From NCBI GenBank assembly GCA_905178155.1, contig CAJINV010000005.1, forward strand, positions 4,319,556-4,383,555: 64,000 nucleotides of DNA, given 5' to 3'. The stretch is from Amoebophrya sp. A120 (lineage: Eukaryota; Protista; Dinoflagellata). Positions 1 through 13,218 of this stretch are shown one piece after another (position 1 is the first letter of the stretch; the number at the start of each line of letters is the position of its first letter). The notes beneath the pieces were generated by a model. The model saw nothing but the letters and a program-made list of their open reading frames with translations, made no database searches and was not told the origin of the DNA. The position numbers and the translations under genes were made by a program.

Positions 1-713
1 GGGGTTGTTCGCTCCTTCTTGCTCCGTACCTGGATTGTTGAAATATCTCCTGTCGACGCGAGGGACGGGTTAGTACTTACATACAACTTAATGCACACGG
101 CGACAGAGCACCTGCCTCTCAGGTGATGTACAGAAAAAGACACACTTTAGCAAAGAACATCACGAAACCGGTTCACTAAACCGCGGCTCCAAACTGGCAG
201 ATGCGAACTCATGGACTCTAACCTTAACTTTCAGAAGCAGATCTGATTGTTTACGCTAAAGTTGTGAAAATGACACTTTTGGTGCATTCGTGACGTCCAA
301 CAGTGAACACTACGTAATTTCCCTACAGTGCACTGCGACTTTTCCGCGTTGCAGAGGCTCGTCCAGCGAATATCTGATTCTCGAAGTGTCTCAGTCTCTT
401 AATCATAATCAAGAAAATCAATCTGTCAGCACGTGTTCTATAGCCGCGTCCGCCGGACCCAGACATAGAACATCATAATTCCTCGGTTACTTGTTCCATG
501 GAACAGAAATAAAGCAGTGTGACAGTTCTGTCATCTTCGGATTCTCGGAATTTATCTTTTCATCACGTGGCTCCTTCACCGAAAGCCCGGGACTCATGGG
601 AACAAGTCCAGTTTGATTCGGCGGCGGAGAGGGTAATGCTCCGAACACGAGCACCACGTCCACGTAGTAAGTTCGTTATAATTCGGTTGTTCCTGCACGA
701 CGTGCCCAATTAC

Positions 714-2364
714 TTACTTCTTCTTGGCCTCGAAGACCTTCGCCTCCACGGAAACCACCTTTCCCAACATGACCACACCGTTGCCATCCATAAACGCGAC
801 GCGGGACAGACCCTCGCAGTTCTTGAAGGAGTCGGCAACCAGCGGCTGCTGCGGCTCGAAGGTGACCTGTGCCATTTCGTTGGACTTCAGGGAGTGCGGC
901 TCCTCCATCTTCTTACCACCGGTCTCCTTGCCCATCTTCCACTTCAAAGCGGAGATACGGCAGGCGGCGCGACCGCAGCGGACGAAACCGATAGGGGAGT
1001 AGCCGACCTTGATCTCATTCGGGATGTCCAACACCTGTTATTCAAATTTGTTTATACTCGTCTGTAATCTCATTGACGTGGATGCTTTTAATCAAAATAT
1101 ATCATCATCAAGACAGGGTTCCCCATATGTACAAATGAAGCATATGAGACAAACGTTTCCAGCAGCACCTGGATCTGAGCGTCGAAGGCCTTGACGGCGG
1201 AGAGAGTGGTGTCCTTCTTGTAGATCATGACATCACCACCACGCGGCATGTTCTGCTTGTCCAAGTTCTTCACGTTCATACCAACGTTGTCACCCGGCTT
1301 GGCCTCCGGCACAGCCTTGTGGTGCATCTCGATCTGGAACACCTTTCCGGCGCACGCGTTGGCGGCGGTGTGGGTCGGCAAGAAGATGACTTCCTCGTTC
1401 GGCTTGACGATACCCTGCTCCACGCGTCCCGCGAGCACATCACCGACACCCTTAATCTTGTAGATACCGGAGATCGGAAGGCGCATCGGAGCATCGATCG
1501 GACGTTCCGGGACGCGGCACATGTTGTTCAAGCAGTCGTACAAGGTGTCGACGTGAATGGTTTCAGATCCGACCTTGACGTCGGCACCCTTCCACCAGGC
1601 CATGTTGGTGGTCTTCTTCACCAAGTTGTCACCACACCAACCGGAGATCGGCATGAACGGAACGCCGCTCTCGACGAAGTCCTTCTTCCAACCGACCTTG
1701 CCCAACATGTTACGCATTTCGTTGGCAATTTCGTCATAGCGGGCCTGCTTGTAACCAGCGGTGTCGCAGTCCATCTTGTTGATACCAATGATGATCTGCT
1801 TGACGCCCAACAAGTTGATCAAACGGGAGTGCTGACGGGTCTGGCCCTGAATCTCACCAGCCTTGTGGTTACCACGCTGGATAGCGGTGGTGAAGTTACC
1901 TGTTGAACCATGTGCGTTGACGATGAATTTGTTCCCATGCGAAACTCAAGGAGATATTTGTTTTCTTCTGCCTGAGAAATGTGCGCGAAACATCAAACAT
2001 ACATACCATCAGCCGGAACCATGATCATAGCGACATCGGCCTGGGAGGCGCCGGTAATCATGTTCTTGATGAAATCGCGGTGACCCGGGGCGTCGATGAT
2101 GGTGTAGTGCCACTTTTCCGTGAAGAATTCCTTGGTGGTGACGGAGATGGTGACACCACGCTCGCGCTCTTCCTTCTGGCGGTCCATGTAGAAAGCGAAA
2201 GCAAAGGAAGACTTTCCCAAACGGTCAGCCTCGGCTTTCAGCTTCTCCAATTCACGCTCCGGAATACCACCCAACTCGAAGAGCAAGTGACCAGTGGTGG
2301 TCGACTTACCGGAATCGACGTGACCGCAGATCACGATGGACAAATGCTCCTTTCCGTCGGTCAT
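714..2364 (-). CDS. EFL: Elongation factor-like GTPase (EFL), 3 exons (2364-2007, 1899-1169, 1034-714)
   Basis: [27 protein letters not shown] and NKMD GTPase motifs, plus EFL-type segments [12 protein letters not shown] and [19 protein letters not shown] introns 1900-2006 and 1035-1168 join the ORFs in frame. Confidence 0.95.
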
Positions 2365-2701
2365 TTTGCTGGTCGTGGGTTAAAACCAAACTCGAGGAAA
2401 AATGTCGAAGATGCTTGTGCTAGACAAATGATGTTTTTGAGACGAGAATCTTATAGCTCCCTGAAAGAACAATAGGAAAGAAATGTAGTGGATAGAATTC
2501 ACAATATCTTCGAGCGCAGTGTCAGAGAAAGCTTTCATATTTCTGCTGAAAGCACACCAGATCTCGCCGAGGATCTTTGGACCTTTTCAAAGTACAGCAC
2601 ATTTTGCAAGACAGAAACTTTCCTGGCGCCATCCAGTTTCACGGATCTTTTTTCAGCTCTGGATCGTGGAAATACCTCCACGACGTGTTGATCTCAAGTA
2701 C

Positions 2702-3631
2702 TCAATTTTGTGCCGCATTCAAGGCTGGCATGCATTTCCTGATCTCATTATGAACCAGTCGCGCTTCTGTCGGCGGAAGGGCGGAGTGTAAGCGTTGCCG
2801 ATCTACTAGCGAAGTATGTGCGACAGGAAAAGTTTTCTCTTCAAACGCCTTCGTGCCTAAAAGCGCCCCAATAGTAAAACTTACCGGCACATCAATTCTC
2901 GCCGCCGGCGCCTGGCCACGCGTAGTACCTTCTTCGGCAGGTGGGGCAAGACAAGCCTGGCACGGCCCAACCCTACTGGTCCACGTTTCCAGGTGTTGAA
3001 AGGTCCCGCGCCCGAAAGAGTGAAACCTAGTCTTGGCCTTTAAAGAAGCTGCCGCTTCTTTAGCAAGGCCGCCGTGCTTGCCGCCAGCAATGCTGCTGTG
3101 GTCCTTGGGGAGCTGATGTTCTTGCACACAGACAAACCCAAACTCCACCGCACGTAGATCAGCTGCCGCCGCACATCTCGTCTCGATGCCGCATGTACCA
3201 GTCCCATCGTCCCGCGTAATCGAGACGCAATTGCCAGGCCCGAATGCGGAGGCACTGCTTCGGAGACGTTGCTGTCCGGCCTCGGCGGGGGCAGGAGCAG
3301 TTCCAGTGTTCTTGGAGGATGCTGCTCTACTCCGACCGAGGGGTTCGCTACTATTGTGCTTCGACGACAACAGTGCTTTCCGGAGGCTGACAGCTAAAAC
3401 ACCGCCCGGACCATGACAGTGAGAAAACAGTAAATCAGGACCAAGAAGCTGACCAAGAGAGGTCAGGTGGAAAAGCCGCAGCTTTTCCCGACGCGGCGGT
3501 GTCATTCTCGCATTCAGACAGTTTTTGGTTGCGCTTCTATAATTTGTCTGTGCGCACCAGCAAGCAGTGAGAGTGACCGAGGAAAACTGAAGAAATTGAA
3601 GCCGTCGAGACACCTCTAGTGGCGGACACAC
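2702..3631 (-). CDS. Hypothetical protein with a small Cys-rich domain
   Basis: 309-aa ORF with GPGNCVSI..GTCGIETRC..FGFVC..HSFGRGTF..CQAC. True start uncertain (ATG at 3505 possible). Confidence 0.5.
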   Translation of the reverse strand: MCPPLEVSRRLQFLQFSSVTLTACWCAQTNYRSATKNCLNARMTPPRREKLRLFHLTSLGQLLGPDLLFSHCHGPGGVLAVSLRKALLSSKHNSSEPLGRSRAASSKNTGTAPAPAEAGQQRLRSSASAFGPGNCVSITRDDGTGTCGIETRCAAAADLRAVEFGFVCVQEHQLPKDHSSIAGGKHGGLAKEAAASLKAKTRFHSFGRGTFQHLETWTSRVGPCQACLAPPAEEGTTRGQAPAARIDVPVSFTIGALLGTKAFEEKTFPVAHTSLVDRQRLHSALPPTEARLVHNEIRKCMPALNAAQN

Positions 3632-5147
3632 TAGAAAAACGTGTCACGCCTTACAATCTTCAATTAGCACAGAGACCCAGCGTCACGCTGATTTTCACCA
3701 GCTCCATCATGAATTTATGTTCACGAACATCATGTAGTACAAAATGCCGATCAACGCAGAGGGGCGAACCAGGGACCGAAGCACTTTCTGTCTTTGGTTT
3801 ACGCTTATCCTGCTCCTCGTTTTTCCCTTTGGTTCAGCTTTAATACGGTTGTTCTTGCACAAATACACACGAAGACGTGCCCGGCAAACAAAACCGCGTC
3901 GATTGCAAAGCTCTATTGCTACTGCAGTTGTGAGATTCTTGTTCGTGTGTGGAGCGACGAATCATAATAATTGGCCATCAAGCTGCAGTTCTGTGGACCT
4001 CATCGTCAGAATTTCTTCCCGTGGTTTTCGCTTTTGCAGTAGAAGAGAAAAGCGAAGCAGGACAAGAGTCCCTCTTCGCGGGCCGGCTATCCAAAACTCA
4101 ACTCGTACAGGCCCTAGGTGAAGTACTTCCTCCCCATCCACGTAAGCTCTTTGGTGTCCAGTTCTACTAGACCACTAGCTACAGGGGTGATATCTACGAG
4201 TAAGTACTTACGCTTGTCATCATTCATGTTTATGTTTTCGCGGTATTTACTACTTTTTCCACGGCAAAATTCGCTTTCAGTTCATCTGAACGCCCACTCT
4301 AAATGGGTCTTCAACTAAGGTAAAACCTTTCTTCACACGTCGAGCTGCAACATCCTGACACAAGAAACCGCCACGCTTGTGCAGCACATAGCAACGCACG
4401 CGAGTTGTTGGTATACTATTTTGATTTTCGCATTCGACCTCAAACATAAAAATGCTTTCACCTGCAATGATTACGTCTCCGCTGCAGCAAAAGTACCTCT
4501 GCTGCAAAAGCTTCCACCTAGGCTTCATTTTCTAAAATCCCCAGGAACTTCTCAATGTGGTCCGCGATATCATTTCCCAGCATTGGCCGCAAAGCTTGAT
4601 GCAGTGCCTTCTGAACCCACAGATCCACCCTTCGGCTGGGCTGGTCCTCGAAAGGATTGACCAAGCGCGGATCCGGATCCGCCGTCAATAGGTCGACCCG
4701 CAACTGGTCACACGAGAAGCATCGACCCACCGTGATGTGCTGCACCACCATCACCGATTCCGCGCCGAAGTTCACGTCGTCCCAGGCGTGTTTTTATGAA
4801 TTGAAAAAGCACCAGGACCGCAAACACAGACGCACAACATCTCCATCCACGACAAAGATAGCGACAGTCTGCTATTAACTGCACATAACTTATTTCGATA
4901 ATACTGTTCCGGCACTCGATGATTATGAATACGGTACCAGTGCCAGCCGCTGAGTGGTCTTGTCATGTAAAATCACAATAGGACGAGCCCTAAACTATTC
5001 ATCTAAACCCTATTCTAAACCGGTCTTGTCATGTAAAATCAACGAGGAAAAAATCGCGGCTTCATTATTTCAACTTTGCTCGTATGCAAGTACTACTATT
5101 CAACGTGCAATCGGTGCGAGGAGCAAACTTCTACTTCTTTACCCCTT

Positions 5148-6972
5148 TCATAGCTGCGTGGCAAAGAACATGCGGTTCAACACCGCCCCTCCCAGCGGGC
5201 CCCCGGGGACCTGGTGGTGGTCCAGAAACACGCCAATCCAGTCTTTCGGAAAGCTGCCGTCGATCTGGTCAGAGCCCAAAGTCATCTGGTCAGAGCCCGT
5301 CGATCTTCTGGTCAGAGCTCGTTGGAAAGCTGTCCGACCATTAGTGCACACTGCTTCGACGTCATCAACCAAGTCCTGCTCTACTTGCTGGTCATTGTCA
5401 GGACCTCCTTCGGATGAGGGGTCCTCCTCCGCCCGCTGCGAAGAGCTCCGCGTAGCTGGTACGCCTTCCGAAGTCGCGTAAATGAATTCCCCTTGTTCAT
5501 CATCCGGAACAGGCACCGGAGTGCTGACGGGAATCAGTCGGGGGTGCCGAAAGTAGTCCACGGGGTTGAGAATATTCGAGATGATCGCATTCCCGAGCCA
5601 GGTACCACCCCCGGTTCCCCGCCTCGGACGCCCCGGACCGGCAGCTTCATCCCGCTCAGCCTCGTCGCGATCTGCGATCTCGCCCTTGATTTTTTTCGTA
5701 AAGTCGGTAAGGGGCCGCACGATTTCGCGCACAATCAGCTGCTTGCAGCTCTCGCCCTCCTCCGGGCCATTCCCCGGCAGAAACTGCCGCACCCGGAGCC
5801 CCTCGGCGCGAAGCTTTCCTGTGCCGTGATTCATCTTTTCGTCTACTTGTTTCACCACGAAACAGATGCGGTTGGTTTGAGGAAAGCGCTGCGGACTGCG
5901 CTACAAGAAGACCGACAAAAAATATAGCACGAAGAATATGAATCCATCACATGAAAAAGTGCAGTAATTCTCCACTTACCTTCTGCGAACTCATCGAAGC
6001 CGTCTTCGTCGCGCCCATGCAACAGAACATGGTGGTCGAGTCCCGCAACAATGCCACGATCTGTCCAGTAGCTGTATCCATTGCAAAGGGTTCTGTCTCG
6101 CAGGTCGCACGTAAACAATACACGAGCCTGCACACCCACACCACCTTGCCACGTAGTAATTACTTGCGCTGTGGTCTGCAAAAAGGCTGGATCGGCGGCG
6201 GGGCACCGAATGAGGAGCAGCCCACTGTCTGTCCACTTCCACATGTTCGTCTATTTTGATTAGATAACAATAGATAGTGTTACAACTGCAATATTATCAA
6301 CAGTGTTGCACATCAACTTGCGATCATCGAAGACGTGTTTTGCATAGGATAATCTTCGTCTACGAGCAGCAAGCGCTGCCGACCGGGTGGGAAATACAGG
6401 CTTGCCTCTGCCTCGTTGGCGGCCGTGGACTTGGAGGACGCGGACACGCCCCGCTGAAACAAGTTGCGTTCGTGTCTCTGACCACCAGGAGTTTCCCCCG
6501 CCGCCCCTCGCTGGTCTGCTGCCGGCGCAACTTGATCTTCCGGACCGCCCAAGTTGTTCCCTTGTTGTTCCCCTCGTGGTTCGGCGATGGCTGCTGCGGG
6601 CTGGTCGTGGTCCACATTGCGCGGCCCGAGAAATCCCGCTTGCGCCTCGGCTGGTGAAGTTGCTGGCTCGTGGTCGTCCTGTGCATCCCCGACGAAAGGT
6701 AAATTCTGGTACGCCAACAGCATCGGCTGCTGGAGGTGTCCCGGCGGTGCAATGTCAAACCCAGGCAGGGGCGTAGCCCAAGCGTTACTTTGAGCAGCGC
6801 CGGGGCCAGATCGGCCAAAAACCTCGGTGGAAACATGCGCGAGCGACTGTAATGCCACAAGAACGAGAACCCCGGATCGGAGGGCCCGGGCGTGTTGAGT
6901 GCAGCAGCAGCTCCGCATATAGCATACACTCCTGGAGCTTTTGTCCGTTCTTGTTGTCCCGTGGAAGATCAT
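5148..6972 (-). CDS. Hypothetical protein, probably multi-exon, possible signal peptide
   Basis: Consecutive minus-strand ORFs 6313-6972 (hydrophobic VLVLVALQSLA), 5852-6244 and 5148-5858. Junctions not resolved. Confidence 0.35.
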
Positions 6973-7830
6973 TTTCGACCCAGTCGAAGAAAGGAGAAGA
7001 GACCTCGGTGGTGTAGTCGATTATAGATACGGCCCGGAAAAAAGTCTTGGCCGGTCAGTGGCTTGATCAATCAAGCGGGTCGTGCTCGTAATTGTCGTTT
7101 GTAAGTAAAATTAACTCGAAAAATAAATGCTCGGCTTCGCATGCAAATGCAATACGGCGTACTAGAGTTTCTCCTGTTTCACCGGGAAAAACACCTTCGT
7201 TCAATTTCACGGCTCAGCAGCAATGCCGTCCAAACAATAGGAGCAGGAGCGTTAATAACTTTCCGCCTCCGGTGAATGTATGTTGGATGAAATAACTTTC
7301 GAAAACGCTATCGTTCCGAACAGAGGACTTCACAAAGAAAAGAGGTGAAGCAACCTACCTACGCTACTCACTTGGAAAAGCGCATACCCCGTAAAAGGAA
7401 CAGACGTGTATAGTACTCATGGATCAGCAGAAAGCCTGCAGATGGCGAAAAAAACACATCTGCAAATCGTGATCTTGCTAGCTGGCCGTACCTACGATAA
7501 TCTCCTAGCGTCGGGAAGCTCCTGAGAGTGGCATCATAAACAAGCGCCTAAGCAACTTCTTCCCCTATAGTTGTACTTGAGACGAAGATCTCAGGCAGTG
7601 CTGGAAAGTTTTGTTCTAACTCGTTTTCACAATTATGAACTCAATCGCTGCAACCGCTGCTGCTTACGCTGGTGCGATAGAAATCGTTACTTGAAGTTCA
7701 AGCTGGTGAGTTGTTCAGCACGAGAACAAGAAACTCCGTTTGGTCTGTTTTCTGATTTCAGTTGTTTGTGATTTCAGTCGTTTCTCATTTCAGTTGTACA
7801 TTGATCTCAGTTCACGTTCAGAGCAGGCGG

Positions 7831-10800
7831 CTACTTGCGCGCCTTCTGTTCCACCTTGGCCATGATGTTTTTTTGCTTGTCAGAATGATACGACTTTTGC
7901 AGGTTGTCGGTGTAGAAATTGTACTCCCAGTCGTTTATTTTCTTGGCTTGATACGCCGCCTGCACTTCCTCCTGGGTCAACATCCCGCCGCCACCACCAC
8001 CGGGCGCAGCGGCTCTTTGCTGCTGCCCCTGCCGGTTCGCAAAATACTGCTGACCAAAGCCGCCGGCTGCAGGACCCCCGTTACCTGGTAGAACAAGTAC
8101 AGAAGATGAGCATCAGAAATCAAACAGAATCCAGTACTGAATTCGTGGACTATTAACGACTTCAGTATCTGACGCCCGTCCTTCTAGAAAAGGCCGCCGC
8201 GTCTTCACACGATCTACATGCATTTCCGAGTGTCACCTGGATGCGAACTACCTTCTTCCTTACTTGAACCACCTAAGGAGGGCGTCGAAGAAGATCTACG
8301 AAAAAATATATCGAAATCGACGTGTGCAGCTACTAGACTGACATGATAGTTAGTGATACAAGCACGAACAAGAGCGATGGATCATCTTCTATTGGTACTT
8401 GATCTGCCGCCCTGACCGCCGCCCTGCAGCTTTCCTTGTATTCGGTCCACAATTGTCTGCTGCTTTTCAGAAAAGCTGTTCCGATCAAAATTGCTTTTCA
8501 TGAAGTTGAATTCCCAGTCATTGATTCGGCCACCGTCACGGGCTTGCACCATCTGCTCCTCCGTCATACCCCAAGCTGGTGACACACCGCCACCCCCCAT
8601 GGCAGCTGCTGTTATTTTTGTGGTTTATATACAACCTTTTCAACATCACGCGCCAACCGTGACTCGAGGAAACATCATCCGATGGAAGAGGTATCACGGA
8701 GAAACAACTCATGTCAACACATGGTGCTGACCTTGATTCATCATGCTGACTTTGTTCCCTTATCCTGTCTGGGAGAACTCATCTATTCTGATGTACTAAA
8801 ATCATTCCAATTGGCATACCTCCCGGTCCCGCGTCCCCTGGGGCGGGGGCCTCTATGGATGTGTCAGAGTTGAAATCGACAAAGTTGAAATAATTTGTCA
8901 TGCATAAAGAACTGGATGCCAGTTAGAAACCAGTTTCTAAGTGGCGCAAGACAAATTTCGGTGGTCCCTAAATCCAGTTTGTCATGCTTTTTAGGCAAAG
9001 AAGAGCGATTTTCTCATGCTACTTTAGCAGCTCGAGCTGTAACCCCAAACAGGCTTACAATCGGCCTCACCTGCCTGCTCTGCAACACATGTGCCTCGGG
9101 TCATGCATTTTATGCATTACAAATTCTTTCAACTTTGACAATTTCAAACCTCACGCTTCCATAGCCTCGCCATTGAGCTTGTTCTTGATTTTCTCCACGA
9201 CGGGGGCTTGCTTCTCCGTGACGTCCGTTGGGGCGCGCGCAAAGTTATTCAAAATGAAGTTGTAGTCCCACTCTACAATCTTCTGCTCCTTCAACGCGTC
9301 ATCAATCTCGCTCTTATGGTGAGGAAAGGTCCCAACCATTGTCCCCATACTCAAACGAGAAGTCTGCGATGCTGACTTGTGGCCGCAAGTCGCCTCCGCC
9401 TTGCATGGCAGCAATTGTCCCCGAGGCATCCGGCGAGGCGAGCGCTGGTGACGCCAGTCAGTCTACAAGACAGCTGTCTGCCGTACCAAGACAGCTGTCT
9501 GCCATACCAAACAGGGAGCCGCAGCGGATTCTCGCTGCAGCAGCCGCTCACTGCAAGACAGAATTGACTTGCGTGCCCAAAGAACCCAGCATCAGACAGA
9601 CTTCGTTTTGAACATGAGGAGGCGGGTTTTGTTTTTGATAGGTTTTGTGGAGTCCCCACAGCTCCGAATACTCGTCATCTGCAGATGGAGGATCAAACAC
9701 ATCGCAAAAAAAACAAGCTGAAGAGAGCTAGAACTTCGACCATTTACCACGGTAAACCCGTGCTGGCGAACCGGGGCGGGTTCGTTACATTTACGGAACG
9801 CAATTACTTTGAAACAGTGCAGAAGCAGAAGTACATGGAATAGGAATATTTGAATTAAGGGCATACCGCCAATCTCCGTCGTTTTCCCGCCTCGCACTTT
9901 TTCCTCGATCTCGGTTCGTCGCGCGACCTGCTTGTCCGTAAAGTGGGCATCCGGATCCGCGGCCAGTTTTTCCAGTTGATCCGAATAGAACTTGACTTCC
10001 CAATCACTGATCTTGTTTTCCTGCTTTGCCTGCGTGATCTGCTCCATGTTCAAGAACCCCGCGGGCACCGCCCCCGGCTGCGCCACACCGACTCCGCCGC
10101 CCATGTAGTTGAACCCACCTCCGTGCTGGGGCGGCGCAAAGTTAGTTGCTCCGAAACCGCCCGGCTGCTGCATCCCGAAATTATGCGGTTGTTGCTGTGG
10201 CTGCCCGAACGACCCCGGTTGTCCAAATTGACCAAACGTCTGTGCTTGCCCGATTTGCCCAAACTGCCCGAACCCCTGCTGTTGCATGGCGGGGGCAGCA
10301 CTGAAACCGCTCATGGGTGGCGCAGCAAACGCGGAAGCCGCCCCAGAGGAGGAAGAGGCCATTCCAGATCCACCGAGCTTCGCGTCAATCTTGGCTTTCT
10401 GAGCCTGCTGCTTCTCGCTGAGCTTCTCCGGGTCCCGGGCCAAATTACTCACAGAGAAATCGTACTCCCATTGCGTTATAATTCCGCTGGTCTGATGTGA
10501 TAGTGGAAAGGAGCGCCTAAGTCAAGCTTTGCAACGGCAAAAAAACCGCTATCAACAGTGGACACAGTGCCTACTTAGCATGATTGCGGTATTTGATTTC
10601 AGAAGTGGTCAAGGGAGCGGACACAGGACTTGCTTTCGATGTCCTGGCCGTTACATTTTCAATAAAAAAGAAAAAGGCACAACTTCAGGTCTACTTCCGA
10701 AAGCAAAACAAACCAAGAAGCCAAAAAACCTTTGCCTCATCCAGCCGGCCCTTGTTAGCGAAACACTCCGCAACCTTTTTCTCGATCTGGTCCTTGATGC

Positions 10801-10999
10801 TTGTCTGTTTCTCCGAGAGGGACTCTTTGGTCATGTTCTCGGTATAGAAGTTTTTTTCCCAGTCATTGATCCACTTGTTTTGGTGCGCAAAGTCGACGTC
10901 CTGGGGACCTAGTGTAGAGGCGGACGCTGTCATTTTCCGCCGCTTGCTTCCCGGCGATTCGTCGCCATCGCCCACATAGAAGCCTCCGTTGTCCGCCAT
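7831..10999 (-). CDS. Multi-exon protein with six copies of a ~45-aa helical 'IxDWExNF...SEKQ...KI' domain and Gly/Gln-rich linkers
   Basis: Repeats read in exons near 10760-10900, 10370-10490, 9890-10050, 9170-9310, 8420-8570 and 7831-7985. ATG at 10999, TAG at 7831-7833, basic PGSKRRK near the N-terminus. Some junctions unresolved. Confidence 0.75.
8854..9163. mobile_element. Introner-like TIR element, family D (310 bp)
   Basis: TATGGATGTGTCAG...CACGCTTCCATA, TSD GCCTC both sides. Removal gives NGEA|PAPRGRG in frame. Confidence 0.9.
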
Positions 11000-11577
11000 G
11001 ACGTGAGTGTGTGATTGGTTCAAAACTGTGCCAGGATCAACGCGAGCACGACCTCTAATTTCAAAAGTAGTTAAACTTACGACTGTTTTTGCGTAGGGCC
11101 TACAACTTTCTCGTCAAACCATAGAGAATCCGCGTGCCTGGGAGGTTCTTATAGTGGAAACGCTAGCAGGAAAATCGGAATTATATCACAACGATGGGAC
11201 CTCTAGACAACCTTCTCACTTGTTGGACGCGGGATGAAAACTAACGGGATCTTCGAACGTCAAAAGGTACAGCAGCGAAGCCTGCGCTTGAAGGAGAAGC
11301 CACTATAGATCAATAAGAAGCTCCTCTGCAGCTTCAAGTGGATCTCCGCATCAGACACTTTGTTTGCACCTTTTTGATTTGCTATGTTGAAAAACCTAAA
11401 AAAAGCCAATCAGCAAGTGCTGTGCATCGAAGTCTCTATTCATTGTTTGACGTGCCGCGCTCGAAGAACTTACTTTCTCGGCACACCACTGTGCCTCGTA
11501 CGCTGCAAAACAGCCGTTTGTGCACTTTGTCCAGAAACATCAAGTCTCCGTCCCGAGAAACAACGACCCACTCAGCG

Positions 11578-12659
11578 TCAAGGTTTCCAGAAACCCTCCA
11601 GGACTACGCGCCGAGTCTCTGAACCGACAGTACCACTAGCACGCTTTTCTGTCTCCGCATCGCGCGTTTCTTGGCTGCCCGCGAATTCACCGAACAATGC
11701 GTCTGGCGCTTCCGGGTGAAAAGCAGGTGGCGGCGGCAGGCCAGCTGCTTGCGTTCTGGATGTTCGCTCTGCAGCATCTTCCCAGGTGGTGGAACCTGCC
11801 GCCTTTCCTTCATGACTTATTTCCTGTGGTCGCGACAATGGCAAGTCGTGCTCCTCCGCGAACTGCACTACAAACCGAAAAAAACGCTCCGTAGGAAGAA
11901 CGTTGTGTTGGCAGATATAGTGCTCCGCATACCCCTGCGGCCAGACCATGACGAGTATAGAAGGAGGGTGGCAGCCTTGAAAAAACGCATGCATCGACAC
12001 AATTCTTCACATGCTGTTGTTCATCTCCCATAAAAATCTATTACATACATGCCTATCGGTACTATCAATCTGTGCCTTATTTGTTCAGCACCCTACTATT
12101 CACGATAAAATGCGTGGAGGATTCACGTCCCAGATCATCCAGAACCTCCTTCACAACTACCAGCACCAGTGACTTGATCAATCCGGGCCGCTGCATTCGG
12201 AGATCATAGGCAACGATGTCGCCCTAGCCGGTTACATACACATCCAACCAAAGAAATTCGGTCGATGACACCCTCTCTACTCCTTTAAGGTACACAGCAT
12301 TGGATAGTTCTCCGCTCGTGTTCAACAGTATCGAAATATTCCGCTTGGTATTCGCCACTACCAACGATTTCCCCCGGTGCAACCCTCGAGAACGCCAGGC
12401 CGCGATACTGCCGAAACTGCAAATAAACCTTCGAGGAGTGGTGCTGCCGTCGTCCGTCCTCCAGGTCGTGCCCGCTCGCCGCACGGATTAGAGTCTCTGC
12501 CTTTTCCACCAGGAAGCAAAACTTCCTTTTGGATTCGCCACCCCAGGCAAGAAACGCCTGCGGATTCGGAATGGGGCGATAATGTTCGATCCCTTTGGTG
12601 GAGGCAAAATATGCGAAAAGGTCGTTGCCTTCCTCAATTATTCCGTGGATGATGTCCAC
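11578..12659 (-). CDS. Hypothetical protein fragments (possibly spliced or decayed)
   Basis: ORFs 12285-12659 and 11578-12000 with protein-like composition. No recognisable motif. Confidence 0.25.
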
Positions 12660-12912
12660 AATCTCCCAAATGTGGTGCCAAAACGATGAACCCGAGCGTG
12701 CTAGCGTAGTCTGCTGACAATAAAACCTACATTAGTAACTTACACATCATGCAGACAGAAGAGGCCCCGTGACTCACTGCATAGCCTGTGTTCTTGTCAT
12801 CCGAGTTTTATTTTTGCGGTAAATAATAAAATTGTGCATTGTCTTTAGGCGGAGGCGATGGATGCAAGATCACTACAATTCAACGTGGTAGCGGTTCGAG
12901 TTCGCCTACAAA

Positions 12913-13218
12913 TATGGATGTGTCAGAATCGAAATTGACAAAATCGAAAAATTTGCGATGCACAAGATCGATGCCAGTTGGAGACTCAGTTTCCAAGTGG
13001 CGCATGACAAATTTCGCGAGCACCCAAATCCAGTCTGTCATGCTGTTTGGGCAAAGAAGACTGCTCCTGTCATGCTACTCCGGCAGCACATTGCACACCC
13101 GTGAACAGGCTTACAATCGGTCTCATTTGCCTGCTCCCCAATACAGGCTTTCAGTGCCCTGCGTTTTATGCATTACAAGTTTTTCGATTTTGTCGATTTC
13201 GATCCTGACACATCCATA
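12913..13218. mobile_element. Introner-like TIR element, family D (306 bp), host gene unclear
   Basis: TATGGATGTGTCAGAATCGAAAT...GATTTCGATCCTGACACATCCATA, TSD ACAAA. Internally similar to 8854 and 31776. Confidence 0.9.

Noticed and set aside
519-2475. Plus-strand ORFs overlapping EFL
   Set aside because: They are antisense shadows of a codon-biased gene.
9466-9508. 21-bp tandem duplication CAAGACAGCTGTCTGCC(G/A)TAC
   Set aside because: Two-copy slippage in a probable intron with no further structure.
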